A stretch of 64,000 nucleotides of DNA. Source: an uncultured Desulfospira sp. (GTDB taxonomy: Bacteria; Desulfobacterota; Desulfobacteria; Desulfobacterales; Desulfobacteraceae). The number at the start of each line of letters is the position of its first letter. The stretch's first letter is position 1. The notes under the pieces are model-generated. The model saw nothing but the letters and a program-made list of their open reading frames with translations. It was not told the DNA's origin and ran no database searches. Location of the stretch: positions 6,528,001 to 6,592,000 of the forward strand of contig OY760175.1 of the NCBI GenBank assembly GCA_963663165.1, in the 5' to 3' direction. A program made the position numbers and the translations under genes. Positions 49,725 to 59,255 of the stretch are shown piece after piece.

Positions 49725-50417
49725 TTGGGCTCGACTGTATGAAGAAATCAGTTCAAACAGGGCCTTCTCAATGGCCGCATCCAGGGCATCATCACCGGCA
49801 CTGCTGTCCCAAGACCCCACCTGTCTGGCTGAATAGGTCTGGCGGATGGTGTGTTCGCCTCTGCCTGCGGCCACATACTCCCCGGTCCCGGCGTTTTGCA
49901 GGAGCAGGTCCACCCGGACCGAGGTATCAATGGTTTTTCCCTTTGATACGGCACTGGCCTGGGCATGGGTGGAAACGTTAAACCGGGTGATGGTCCCGGA
50001 GATAAAATGGTCGCACAAAAGGATTCTCTGGGCTTTGGCCATGTTATCCGGGGATTTGACAATATCGGCATGGCTTAAGGTTTCCCAGTCAAACAACCGC
50101 TTCATTTTTTCCCACTCCACCACCCGGAAATACTGGGTCCGCAGCAGCTGGGCCGATAACAGCTGGGCCGATGTATCCCATAACCGGTCAGCCGAATAGG
50201 TGCTCTTGTTCTCAAATCCGGCCACGGCGATGAGATTTTTCTTTTCCGGCGGGGCCGGGGCCTTACCCCAGTCCACCATGGGGTCCTGATCAATCACCGG
50301 CGCCGCCTGCTGTGCCGGGCCGGCCTGCTCAGACGCCACACATCCGGACATGATCAGCATGAATACCAGGCCCAGAATGATGTAACGCACTGAAGGGGTA
50401 GAGTCGGTATGCTTCAT
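49722..50417 (-). CDS. CsgG/HfaB-family lipoprotein
   Basis: Lipobox MSGC; IAVAGFEN, FRVVEWEKM, ISGTITRF, VRVDLLLQNAGTGEYV, ALDAAIEKA. Confidence 0.8.
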   Translation of the reverse strand: MKHTDSTPSVRYIILGLVFMLIMSGCVASEQAGPAQQAAPVIDQDPMVDWGKAPAPPEKKNLIAVAGFENKSTYSADRLWDTSAQLLSAQLLRTQYFRVVEWEKMKRLFDWETLSHADIVKSPDNMAKAQRILLCDHFISGTITRFNVSTHAQASAVSKGKTIDTSVRVDLLLQNAGTGEYVAAGRGEHTIRQTYSARQVGSWDSSAGDDALDAAIEKALFELISSYSRAQ

Positions 50418-50483
50418 TTGAAATCCTTTATCAATATGGGTTCAACGTTTAAAAAATATGGATACAAGACGTTAACAACCGAT

Positions 50484-50547
50484 CAAGCCCTAAGCCCCAT
50501 ATCCCAAGTCCCAAGTCCCAAGTCCCAAATCCCAAATCCCAAATCCC
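50484..50547 (-). repeat. Heptamer array (GGGATTT/GGGACTT) with 9 GGG tracts on the coding strand
   Basis: + strand CAAGCCC TAAGCCC CATATCC CAAGTCC x3 CAAATCC x3. Confidence 0.92.
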
Positions 50548-50548
50548 G

Positions 50549-52627
50549 CTATTTAACCATAACCAGGGGCAGTTCCGTCCCGTCCACTTTAAAATAGGGA
50601 TGCTGCTGGCCGTTGGTCAGCCTCGGGACCTGTCGGGATACAAACTGGAACATTTCATTTAAGGAGACATAGTTGTCTTTATCGTAATCCGCTTTGCCCA
50701 TCATGGCTTGAACCAGGGTATAGGTGAAAACCCCATGGCCTGTAAAATTCGGGTAAAGTTCAAATTTATCCGATTCCATGGACAGCTCACCGGCCTTTGA
50801 GGCAGAAATAATGTAAAGCCCCTGGGCCGCCCGGATGGCCTCGGACAGATCTTCACTTTCTCCGGCACCGCGCATGCCCACCTGGAGCGCACCCGAATGG
50901 CAGCTGTCAATGGCCACAATGATTTTTTCAACATTCTGGGACAGGATCTTAATGGATTCTTCAAAATCGGACATTCTAAGCCCCCGTGACAAAAGGTTGT
51001 CGCTGTCGGCGTCTGAAGGAAGGAAATAGTAGGAGCCCGACTGCCGGTGCTTGATCCCGTGTCCTGCAATGGACAGGAACACAATATCATCCGGCGCCGC
51101 CTTTCCCAGATGTCCGGATATGTTTGAGATAATGCTTTCCCGGGTAACCTCTTTGTTGACTATGGTTTTAAAGTGGACTTCGGCAAATGAAGACCCGGCC
51201 TGGTCAGTGAAGAATTTTTTGAGCAGCAGGGCATCCTGGTCCGCGTATTTTAAATCCAGGGTGGTGCTGTTGTATTTGGATACACCAATGGAAAGCCCCC
51301 ATAAAATGGGTTTCCGGCCGGACGATAAAACCGCCGGTTCATCGGTAATCTTACCCCTTGAGAACTGCAAATATTTGGTGGTCTGGTTGCCGTAAATATC
51401 TTCGGCTTTTATGGAAATTTTTCCCTGGTCAGGAATGTTGGTTTCATGCTCGAACTGCCCGTCCTTTGTCAGGGCAACGGTTTCATCATTGATCTTAAGG
51501 TAGGATATGGGGTTGTCGTCTTCAACCCGGCCCTTGATCAGGGAGGTTTTAATTTCAGGTTCAAGCATGACCTTAAATCCCCTGGTGGTCTCAGGTGATG
51601 TCAGGACCACCAGAGGCGGGGCCGTGTCTTTTTCAAGGTCAACGGAAAATACTTTTTTAATGATCTTGTTGGACTGGTTCCGGGCCATGACCAGAAACTG
51701 GTTTTCCCCGTCTTTGAGTTCCACGGAATGGGAAAAATGCCCTTTGCTGTCATAGGCTACCATCTGGCCGTTGATTCTGATTTCGGCGATTCCGTCGGGG
51801 TCAATGGCCATGCCTTCGATTTTAAGCGGTTTTTCATAACATACCGGTTTAAACCCCCTGGCCACCGGGGGATTTAAAATGACGATCTCGGGCTCGCCGG
51901 CGGCCTTTGGGGCTGCCTGGGCAACAACAGGACTGCCGGAAGACGCCGAAGGGGTTGGTGCCGAAGGTTTCGGGGGCGTCGTGGCCGTTGCCGGCCGGCT
52001 GGGTTTAGGGGTAAATGAGGATGCATACTGGTTGAGTTTTTTTTGTTCAGCGCTGCTTAACTGTGGGGGAACGGTTTCTTTGATCCGGTTCGTGATGTCG
52101 GCGGCCAGCTTGTCATAGGTGGATTTCTGGGCGGCTTCGCCGGACTGGTTGACACTGATATAGGACGGGCTGTCCATGTCAAGGGTTTTGCCCGTGGCGG
52201 TATGGATCACCTTGTAGGCAAATACGGTCACCGCCTTATTGAGCTTTACCCCGGCCGCCTCTTCGGAATTGATCCGGGTTTTGGCCTTGCCGTTGAGAAT
52301 ATAAGCGGCATTGAGAACGGCGGCGGCTTTTCTTAATGCCGGCACATCCCCTTTGAGTGCCCCTGATATGACCTTTGTGTTTAAACGAGGATGGGAGCCC
52401 AAATCATCGGAAGTTTTAACTTCCATGCCCATCTTGACCAGTTCCCGCCCGATTTTCATTTCACTTTCCTTGAGAAAGTCCGTATTCAGGGTCTGGCTCT
52501 GGTCTTCGACAATATTGATCAGTACATTGGCCGGCCGGTCTGCCCGGGCAGTCCCGGGGACCAGAACGGCCAGGGCCAGTAAACAAAGGCAAAGAATTTT
52601 ATGAACGGTTGCCGCATGGTGCCTCAT
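50549..52627 (-). CDS. Exported caspase-family (peptidase C14) protein with N-terminal CsgG/TolB-N-like domain, Pro-rich linker and two Ig-like repeats
   Basis: Start moved to ATG 52627 (AGGAGGA RBS, signal ending TARA); IGVSKY..LKYADQDA, IAGHG, IDSCHSG, HGVFTYTL, DYDKDNYVSLNE, QQHP. Confidence 0.9.
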   Translation of the reverse strand: MRHHAATVHKILCLCLLALAVLVPGTARADRPANVLINIVEDQSQTLNTDFLKESEMKIGRELVKMGMEVKTSDDLGSHPRLNTKVISGALKGDVPALRKAAAVLNAAYILNGKAKTRINSEEAAGVKLNKAVTVFAYKVIHTATGKTLDMDSPSYISVNQSGEAAQKSTYDKLAADITNRIKETVPPQLSSAEQKKLNQYASSFTPKPSRPATATTPPKPSAPTPSASSGSPVVAQAAPKAAGEPEIVILNPPVARGFKPVCYEKPLKIEGMAIDPDGIAEIRINGQMVAYDSKGHFSHSVELKDGENQFLVMARNQSNKIIKKVFSVDLEKDTAPPLVVLTSPETTRGFKVMLEPEIKTSLIKGRVEDDNPISYLKINDETVALTKDGQFEHETNIPDQGKISIKAEDIYGNQTTKYLQFSRGKITDEPAVLSSGRKPILWGLSIGVSKYNSTTLDLKYADQDALLLKKFFTDQAGSSFAEVHFKTIVNKEVTRESIISNISGHLGKAAPDDIVFLSIAGHGIKHRQSGSYYFLPSDADSDNLLSRGLRMSDFEESIKILSQNVEKIIVAIDSCHSGALQVGMRGAGESEDLSEAIRAAQGLYIISASKAGELSMESDKFELYPNFTGHGVFTYTLVQAMMGKADYDKDNYVSLNEMFQFVSRQVPRLTNGQQHPYFKVDGTELPLVMVK

Positions 52628-53026
52628 TGAGTCCTCCTGATATTTAAAAATTTGTTCTGGAAATATAATATAATCTGCCCGGATAATACAGGGGAATGCA
52701 CAATTTTTCATTGGCAGGACAATCCCGAAGGGAAAAACAACTTATTCTGTAATGAAATTGGGGGGGGGGATAATGGCCAATAAAATTGAATGGAGACCGG
52801 GAACGGGAGACGGGAGAGTGGAATTCGAAACCCTTAAGGATGCGTGATCCGTTCTTCGGTCTGCCTTCCTCCGGGTTCCTATTTTTAATGCTGTCAGGCC
52901 AGGCCTTGCACTTTTTACTAGAATATATTAGGTTTTCATTGCTGATGGGGTTAAATGTATCAAGGAATAAAACAAGCTTAAAATATTCAGTTACGAACCG
53001 TTCCATGGAGATGACAGGGATTAAAA

Positions 53027-53827
53027 ATGAGTCAATCCGGTAGCATGAGCCTTCAAGTTGAAACCCGCCTGATCTCTGCAAGCGGCCTTACCGACCCGGG
53101 AAAGCAACGGCAGAACAACGAAGATGCCATTTTCATAGACGATCAGGGCAAATTTTTATTGTTGGCCGACGGCATGGGGGGGCAGCGAAACGGGGCCCTG
53201 GCAAGTTCCCTGGTCATCAATGCGGTAAACCGGCAGTTCATGCCCGAGATTGTGGATCAGCAATTAACGGATATTACCGAGTCCGAAGGGGTCCCCACGG
53301 AAATCAGCGGCCTGTGTTCCGTAATTGAAAGTGCTGTGTTTGAGGCCAATCAGATGCTGTACCAGGCCAATTGCAAGGAAAGCGAATCTAAATACGATTT
53401 TATGGGAACCACCCTGGCCGGTCTTTACCTGGCCCCGTCCGGATACATCATTACCTTTCATATCGGAGACAGCCGGATTTACAGGCTTCGCAACGGCGAT
53501 TTAACCCGGATGTCCCGGGACCATTCCCTGTATCAGGAATGGCTGGACAACGGCCAGATCGGCAAACAGCCCAAAAAGAACATCCTTACCCGGGCCATTG
53601 GTTTTGGCGATTATGTCCAGCCCGATACCCATTATAGCAAATATGCCAGAAATGATGTCTACCTGCTTTGCAGCGACGGTTTGACCAACATGCTGCCCGA
53701 AAGAAGAATTGAAGCCGTTCTATCCCAGCGGTCCAATGCAGCCGATTCGGCCGAGGTGCTGGTAAAAGAGGCCAATGATGCGGGGGGGGCGGATAATGTC
53801 AGTGTGGTTTTATGCCGGATAATTTGA
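53027..53827 (+). CDS. PP2C-family Ser/Thr phosphatase (PppA/Stp1-like)
   Basis: TDPGKQRQNNED, ADGMGG, MGTT, HIGDSRIY, DHS, LLCSDGL, GGADNVS. Confidence 0.95.
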   Translation: MSQSGSMSLQVETRLISASGLTDPGKQRQNNEDAIFIDDQGKFLLLADGMGGQRNGALASSLVINAVNRQFMPEIVDQQLTDITESEGVPTEISGLCSVIESAVFEANQMLYQANCKESESKYDFMGTTLAGLYLAPSGYIITFHIGDSRIYRLRNGDLTRMSRDHSLYQEWLDNGQIGKQPKKNILTRAIGFGDYVQPDTHYSKYARNDVYLLCSDGLTNMLPERRIEAVLSQRSNAADSAEVLVKEANDAGGADNVSVVLCRII

Positions 53828-53849
53828 ACGATTCAGGAACCATATTCCT

Positions 53850-55883
53850 ATGAGCCGGATCAACGAGTCTTCCCAGGAATCCCTTCTGGGGAAATATAAC
53901 ATTGTATCAAAGCTTGGCCAGGGCGCCATGGGCATGGTCTACAAAGGGTTTGACCCGTCCATCGAACGGTACGTGGCCTTAAAAACCGTCAGTTCTCACA
54001 TTCTTAATATGGGAGACTCAGCCGTAACGGCATCCCTTAAACGGTTCAAACAGGAAGCCAAAATTGCCGGCCGTTTGAACCATCCCCACATCGTGTCGGT
54101 TTATGAGTACGGCGAAGATCAGCAGACCATTTTCATTGCCATGGAGTATGTCGAGGGCAAAGAACTCAAGCAGATTTTCACCGAACAGCCGGGGCCATGG
54201 CCGGTGTCAAAAAGTGTCGGCCTGATGATACAGCTGCTTGAAGCCCTTAAACATGCTCACGGCAACGGCGTCATACACCGGGATATCAAACCTGGGAACA
54301 TCATTGTAAGGCCCAATGGCGACATTAAAGTTACGGATTTCGGGATTGCCCGGATTGAGTCTTCAGAGTTGACCCAGATGGGAACCCTGCTGGGCACACC
54401 CAGCTATATGGCACCGGAAATGATCAATGAAAAGCAGGTGGACGCCAGGTCGGATCTTTTTTCGGCCGGGGTGGTGTTCTACCAGTGCCTGACCGGGGGA
54501 AAACCCTTTGACGGGGCGGCCCATCAGGTCATGAATAAAATTTTGACCACCGCCCATACGCCGCCGTCAGCCATTGTCCCGGACCTGCCGCCGGAGCTGG
54601 ACCGGATTGTGGATAAGGCCCTGGCCAAAGACCCGGCCCAGCGGTACCCCAGTGCCGATGCCATGCTCATAGACCTTAAAGGGCTTTTGGCCGGACCGGA
54701 GCCCTCCTATACAGGGATTTTTGCGCCCCCCCAAAGTCCCCCAGCGGCTGAAGGAACACCGCCTGACGCCAGCCTGAATTCACCACCGCCACAGGGGATA
54801 ACCGATCCATCCCCCCCCGGAACCCAGGGCCAGCCGGAAAAAAGGCGGTCTTCGGCCATGCCCTTGATTCTCTCCCTGGTTTTTCTGGGGCTGGTTATCA
54901 TTGCGGCGGTATGGGTGTATTATGACCGGGTGATGTCCGTGGAGTCACCGGGGACGGCAACGGCCCCGAAGACCGCACAGGAAACCGTAAAGCCCGAAAA
55001 ACCAACGTTTTCCATGCCGGAGCCGCTGGCCTTGAGTCCCCGCAAAGAAAAAATCAAGGTGCTCGAAGAAACCCTTAAATCATCAGCCGGCAAGGTGACC
55101 ATGTCCATGGCCCTCGACATGCTCAGGCTTAATATCGCCTTCAAGGATAACACCGGGGGGGCTGAGGCTGACCTGCTGGATTCCCTGGCCGGCCGGATTC
55201 TGTCTTCTGACCGGGTAATCCGGGTGTTTCAGGGGGCTGCGGACCTGATCTGCACCCTGGATACGGATAGCAGCGGGCCTGTGTTAACCCTTAAAAACAG
55301 ATTCCTTGTAAACGCCCCGGACGCCGTTTTCCCCGCCCGTGACTTACTTGAGGGTCCCAAAGAAAACCAGGTTAACCTGGCATATATGATAGATAAGCTG
55401 TATGCCTTCAACGCCTTTGACCTGCTGCAAAGCGTCAAACCACCGGCCGGCAATGCCGCCTATATTGAATTTTCCGGAACCCATGACAACACCTTCCGTA
55501 TTGGACAGACCTCCGACATCTGCATCCATCCGGATCAGGAAGGCGATCTGGTGCTGTTCAATATAAATTCAATGGACATCACCATGCTGTTTCCCCATTT
55601 TAAGGATACAAAAACCCATGTCCTGCAGGGGCAGTCCAAATGTTCGGGAAAAGTGGAAATCTGTCCCCCTGCCGGAACGGAAATGATAGCGTCATTCCTG
55701 TTAAAGGACCGCAGCCTCATGGACAGATTCGGATACACCCTTTCTGAAAAAACCGGGTTCTGCACCTGGGCTTACGAACAGGGTAGGGCCGGCGAATTTT
55801 GCGAGAATCTGATGTTTCAACTGCTCAATGCCCTGGATCAGGGCTGGTCCGTTGACACCCGGCTGGTGCAGATCAGAAACTGA
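53850..55883 (+). CDS. Membrane Hanks-type Ser/Thr kinase with extracytoplasmic C-terminal DUF4384-like domain
   Basis: LGQGAMGMVY, VALK, HRDIKPGN, DFGIA, GTPSYMAPE; Pro-rich linker; TM LILSLVFLGLVIIAAVWVYY; FRIG..GDLVLFNI..MLFP..PPAGTEMI. Confidence 0.92.
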   Translation: MSRINESSQESLLGKYNIVSKLGQGAMGMVYKGFDPSIERYVALKTVSSHILNMGDSAVTASLKRFKQEAKIAGRLNHPHIVSVYEYGEDQQTIFIAMEYVEGKELKQIFTEQPGPWPVSKSVGLMIQLLEALKHAHGNGVIHRDIKPGNIIVRPNGDIKVTDFGIARIESSELTQMGTLLGTPSYMAPEMINEKQVDARSDLFSAGVVFYQCLTGGKPFDGAAHQVMNKILTTAHTPPSAIVPDLPPELDRIVDKALAKDPAQRYPSADAMLIDLKGLLAGPEPSYTGIFAPPQSPPAAEGTPPDASLNSPPPQGITDPSPPGTQGQPEKRRSSAMPLILSLVFLGLVIIAAVWVYYDRVMSVESPGTATAPKTAQETVKPEKPTFSMPEPLALSPRKEKIKVLEETLKSSAGKVTMSMALDMLRLNIAFKDNTGGAEADLLDSLAGRILSSDRVIRVFQGAADLICTLDTDSSGPVLTLKNRFLVNAPDAVFPARDLLEGPKENQVNLAYMIDKLYAFNAFDLLQSVKPPAGNAAYIEFSGTHDNTFRIGQTSDICIHPDQEGDLVLFNINSMDITMLFPHFKDTKTHVLQGQSKCSGKVEICPPAGTEMIASFLLKDRSLMDRFGYTLSEKTGFCTWAYEQGRAGEFCENLMFQLLNALDQGWSVDTRLVQIRN

Positions 55884-56111
55884 ATATGCTCCGGACACAT
55901 TTTGGAGGCCAAGCCAAGGGCCTGTGTGGACTTCGGGCTTTCACAGGCCAATATTTACAACCGGCTGTCTGCCTGGTATGACCCTATGATTAAACCATTA
56001 TAGGCCCCGAAATGGCCGGTTAAGAACACTTCGCTTTCTTCTTCAATCAATAACTACGCCATTTGATGGTAAAAATTGTCTGATTAAGGCCATTTTTATC
56101 CTAAATTTAGA

Positions 56112-56263
56112 GTAACTGTTCAGCAGTGCCCCATCTTCGCTCATTCAGGCCTTCTCACATAGCAACAGTATGCTACGAAGTCCTGACTAAACAAATATGA
56201 AGCACTGATGAACAGTTACGGACCCTGGTTTTGCATAGTTTTCAGCATTAGCTGAATAGTTAC
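56112..56263. mobile_element. 152-bp MITE-like element (family B, copy 2)
   Basis: GTAACTGTTCAGC..GCTGAATAGTTAC 13-bp terminal IR (1 mismatch); internal 18-bp IR partner at 56202-56219; homologous to 31057-31209. Confidence 0.88.
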
Positions 56264-56423
56264 ACTTTTTCTTGAATGCCCTTAAATGAACATTATGCGT
56301 CACCCATCTCCAGGATCGCTGATTTTTGACCGGATAATTCGGGCGGGCTGGTTTCGGGGGCATGACAAGTCCATGGGTACAGAACCATAAAATTTAATGA
56401 ATCAGGCAGGTGTTATGAGCTGG

Positions 56424-56960
56424 CTAACCAATCCCCATGTCATCTACCACTAGTCCGTCAGGTGCTTCCTGCCGGAATTTGAGAAGGGTTTCGGGGTCAT
56501 CCCCCTCCTGGATGAAACAGCTCACCGGCCCGAAGACCGCATCCAGTTCTTGTCCGTTGCATGTGGGCAGAAAGGTTTTAAATACCCGGGGGTCATAAAA
56601 TCTGAAAAAAAGTCGGGTGCCCTCGGGATCTTTGACCGTGACAAGGGAGCGGAAATGTTTTCTCATTTCTATGATTTTTTCTTTGGCAACGGCAAAGATC
56701 CCCCAGTGGTTGCCCCATCCCTCCTCTATCACCCATTGGGTAAAGGGGCTGCCTTTTTCAAGCAGGACAAGGTAAGGGGCGACTTCTTCCACATCATGGG
56801 GCAACTGTCCCTGGTAAAGGCAAAAACACATGGGATCATGCTCATCAAGGCTTAAGAGCAGATTGTTAATGCTGGCCCCGTCAAGTATGGCATATACCCG
56901 TGTTCCCGGGATAGAAAACAGTTGCTGATGAATTTTTTCTAAGCGCTGGTTATCTGTCAT
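56424..56960 (-). CDS. DUF4123 T6SS effector adaptor (Tec/Tap-1-like)
   Basis: YAILDGA, APYLVLL, WGIF, HFRSLVTV..G..LFFRFYDPRVF; directly after vgrG. Confidence 0.92.
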   Translation of the reverse strand: MTDNQRLEKIHQQLFSIPGTRVYAILDGASINNLLLSLDEHDPMCFCLYQGQLPHDVEEVAPYLVLLEKGSPFTQWVIEEGWGNHWGIFAVAKEKIIEMRKHFRSLVTVKDPEGTRLFFRFYDPRVFKTFLPTCNGQELDAVFGPVSCFIQEGDDPETLLKFRQEAPDGLVVDDMGIG

Positions 56961-56978
56961 CGCTGTTTAGTCTCTTTT

Positions 56979-59228
56979 TTATTGGCTTTTTGCGGCCTCT
57001 TTTTGTTCATTTTCCCGTCTGGCCTTTTCACACTCTTCACAAAAGGGCGTGCCGTCCTGGGCGGCCTGGCGCAAAACAGCGGCCGCAGGGGTTTGCTGCT
57101 GAGACGTATCCGCCGGACTTGAAGCTGCCGCCGCCTCAGCCGGTTCACCGGGTTGGGCATTATCGGCCGGTTCCGGGTCTTCTGGCAGGGCCGGGCTTTC
57201 CGCTGATGAGGGGGATGCCGCTGACGCATTTACAGGGGATCCTGATCCGCTGTTGATATACACCATGGTGCCGGTGATATATACACCGTCCTGGGCGATG
57301 ACAACGGATGATCCGCCGCATTTGATTTCGATGCCGGAACTGGCATCAAGTTTGATAGAAGCCGCCTTTAACGCCCCTGTCCCCGAAGCCTCAATCAGGC
57401 AGTCCGAACCGGTGGTCTCCCGCAGCTTCCCCCCGATGCTCAGGTGATAATCCGATCCCACCGTTGCCAGAAGGTCGCCGCCTACCGTGAGGTTGTCACT
57501 GCCCGTAACCTCCTGCTTGCGGTCGGCGTCCACGGTCAGGTTGTCATTGCTTTCAACTTTTTCGATCCGGTCCCCGACCACCCGGAAGTGCTTGTCGCCG
57601 TGCAGCAGTTTTTTCTGGGACCCGCCGTTCTCCTCACCAATGGTCTGGTGCCGGTTGCCCAGGATGTTTTCAAAGGAATCGTTTTTGACATGTACGTCCA
57701 TGTTTTTTTCGGCATGGAAAAACAGCTGCTCATTTCCTTTTTTGTCTTCAAACCGGATTTCATTAAACCCGCTGCCCCCTTTGGAGGAGTCTGTTTTAAA
57801 TGTGGACTTGGTTTTCTCTGCGGGCAGGGCATAGGGGGGCATTGATTTGGCGTTGTAAACCCGGCCGGTAATGATGGGCTGGTCCGGATCACCTTCTAAG
57901 AATTCAACAATCACTTCCTGGCCGATTCTCGGAAGCACCATGGCCCCCCATTTTTTTCCGGCCCAGCCCTGGGACACCCGGATCCAGCAGGAACTGTTTT
58001 CATCCCGCTGTCCTTCCCGGTCCCAGTGGAACTGAACTTTAACCCGGCCGTATTCATCGGTGTATATTTCGTCTCCCCCGGGGCCGCTGACAATGGCGGT
58101 CTGGGGACCTTCCACCAAAGGCTTTGGGGTTTTCGTGGCCGGTCTGTAGGGGGTTTCATAATCAATGGCATTAAACATGACCGTGTAACCGGGCCCGCCC
58201 ACGGATACCCCGGATTGAAATCCGGCAGTGGTGGTCAGATGATAGGCCGCCGATATCACCAGGTACCGTTTGTTAAACCCGTCAATGGGGTGATCGGTCA
58301 GATCAAAATAATGTCCGGCGGCCAGCCCCCTGGCATCGGCTTCACCGGATACGGTTTCAAATCCGGTATAAAAGGCTTCCATCCGTATGCGGGAATAGGC
58401 CTCTCCATCGCCGGATTCCGTATAATGGCCGGGATAATCATAGACCTCGTAAAATGCATGGTCGTGTTCCCGGTCAATGGCCTGGGTGGCGGTCAAGTCT
58501 TTATCCGGTGCTTTAAAGTCAAAATCCCTGTGGGTGACGCTGCCCGGGTGAAGCTGTTTTTCCATAAAGATAGACCGGATGCATTCACCGGCAATGGATG
58601 CCCCGGAGGCATCCTCAGGGCTGAAAACAATACTCTCAAAATCCTCATAAGCTTCAAGGGAGGCATTGGAATCCGCCAGAACCATAATATGCCGGTCTTC
58701 CTCATGGTTGAAATAATAAAAAATGCCTTCATGCTCCATCAGGCGGTTGACAAAATTATGGTCAGACTCCCGGTATTGCACGCAGTATTCCCATTCCCGG
58801 TAATCCCCGGTGAGTTTGAACTCGTAATCGTTGAATTCCAGGTCGTCAAAGATTTCTTTGATGATGTCCGGTACGGTTTTGTTTTGAAATATCCGGCAGT
58901 CCCGGGTATGGTTAAGGAACCAGAGCCAGGGATAAGCCGTCGCCGTATAGTAAGGCAGCCCGTCCCTGATGCCGTGGCTCCGGCAATGGCCCACAAATCC
59001 GTTAAAATAACGGAATTCGTCTGCTTTGGGAAGGGTCAGTTTGACCGATACCTGCTTGCCGAGAATGGTGTTGAAATCCAGGTTGATGTCTTTGCAGCGC
59101 ATCTCCAGATGAATCTGGAACATCCCGGATATGCTTTCATCAATGGTGGCTCCGGTTAAAAGCAGTTTATCTTTCCCCAGGGGGGTGATCAGTTCGATCT
59201 GCCTGTTTTCTTGGGTGACGTCACTCAT
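56979..59228 (-). CDS. vgrG: T6SS spike protein VgrG/TssI with C-terminal low-complexity extension ending in CxxC
   Basis: YCVQYRESD..F..RLMEHEGI, GPQTAIV, DEYGRVKVQFHWDR, SSCWIRV, PRIGQEVIVEFLEGDPDQP, gp5-type repeats. Confidence 0.97.
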   Translation of the reverse strand: MSDVTQENRQIELITPLGKDKLLLTGATIDESISGMFQIHLEMRCKDINLDFNTILGKQVSVKLTLPKADEFRYFNGFVGHCRSHGIRDGLPYYTATAYPWLWFLNHTRDCRIFQNKTVPDIIKEIFDDLEFNDYEFKLTGDYREWEYCVQYRESDHNFVNRLMEHEGIFYYFNHEEDRHIMVLADSNASLEAYEDFESIVFSPEDASGASIAGECIRSIFMEKQLHPGSVTHRDFDFKAPDKDLTATQAIDREHDHAFYEVYDYPGHYTESGDGEAYSRIRMEAFYTGFETVSGEADARGLAAGHYFDLTDHPIDGFNKRYLVISAAYHLTTTAGFQSGVSVGGPGYTVMFNAIDYETPYRPATKTPKPLVEGPQTAIVSGPGGDEIYTDEYGRVKVQFHWDREGQRDENSSCWIRVSQGWAGKKWGAMVLPRIGQEVIVEFLEGDPDQPIITGRVYNAKSMPPYALPAEKTKSTFKTDSSKGGSGFNEIRFEDKKGNEQLFFHAEKNMDVHVKNDSFENILGNRHQTIGEENGGSQKKLLHGDKHFRVVGDRIEKVESNDNLTVDADRKQEVTGSDNLTVGGDLLATVGSDYHLSIGGKLRETTGSDCLIEASGTGALKAASIKLDASSGIEIKCGGSSVVIAQDGVYITGTMVYINSGSGSPVNASAASPSSAESPALPEDPEPADNAQPGEPAEAAAASSPADTSQQQTPAAAVLRQAAQDGTPFCEECEKARRENEQKEAAKSQ

Positions 59229-59255
59229 TAGGGTCGCCTTTTATTAAAATCGTGA

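Noticed and set aside
58026..59159. 377-aa ORF antisense to vgrG, and similar long antisense ORFs such as 19736-20557, 16998-17633 and 32393-33001
   Set aside because: Shadow ORFs arising from codon bias on the opposite strand of well-supported genes; no motifs
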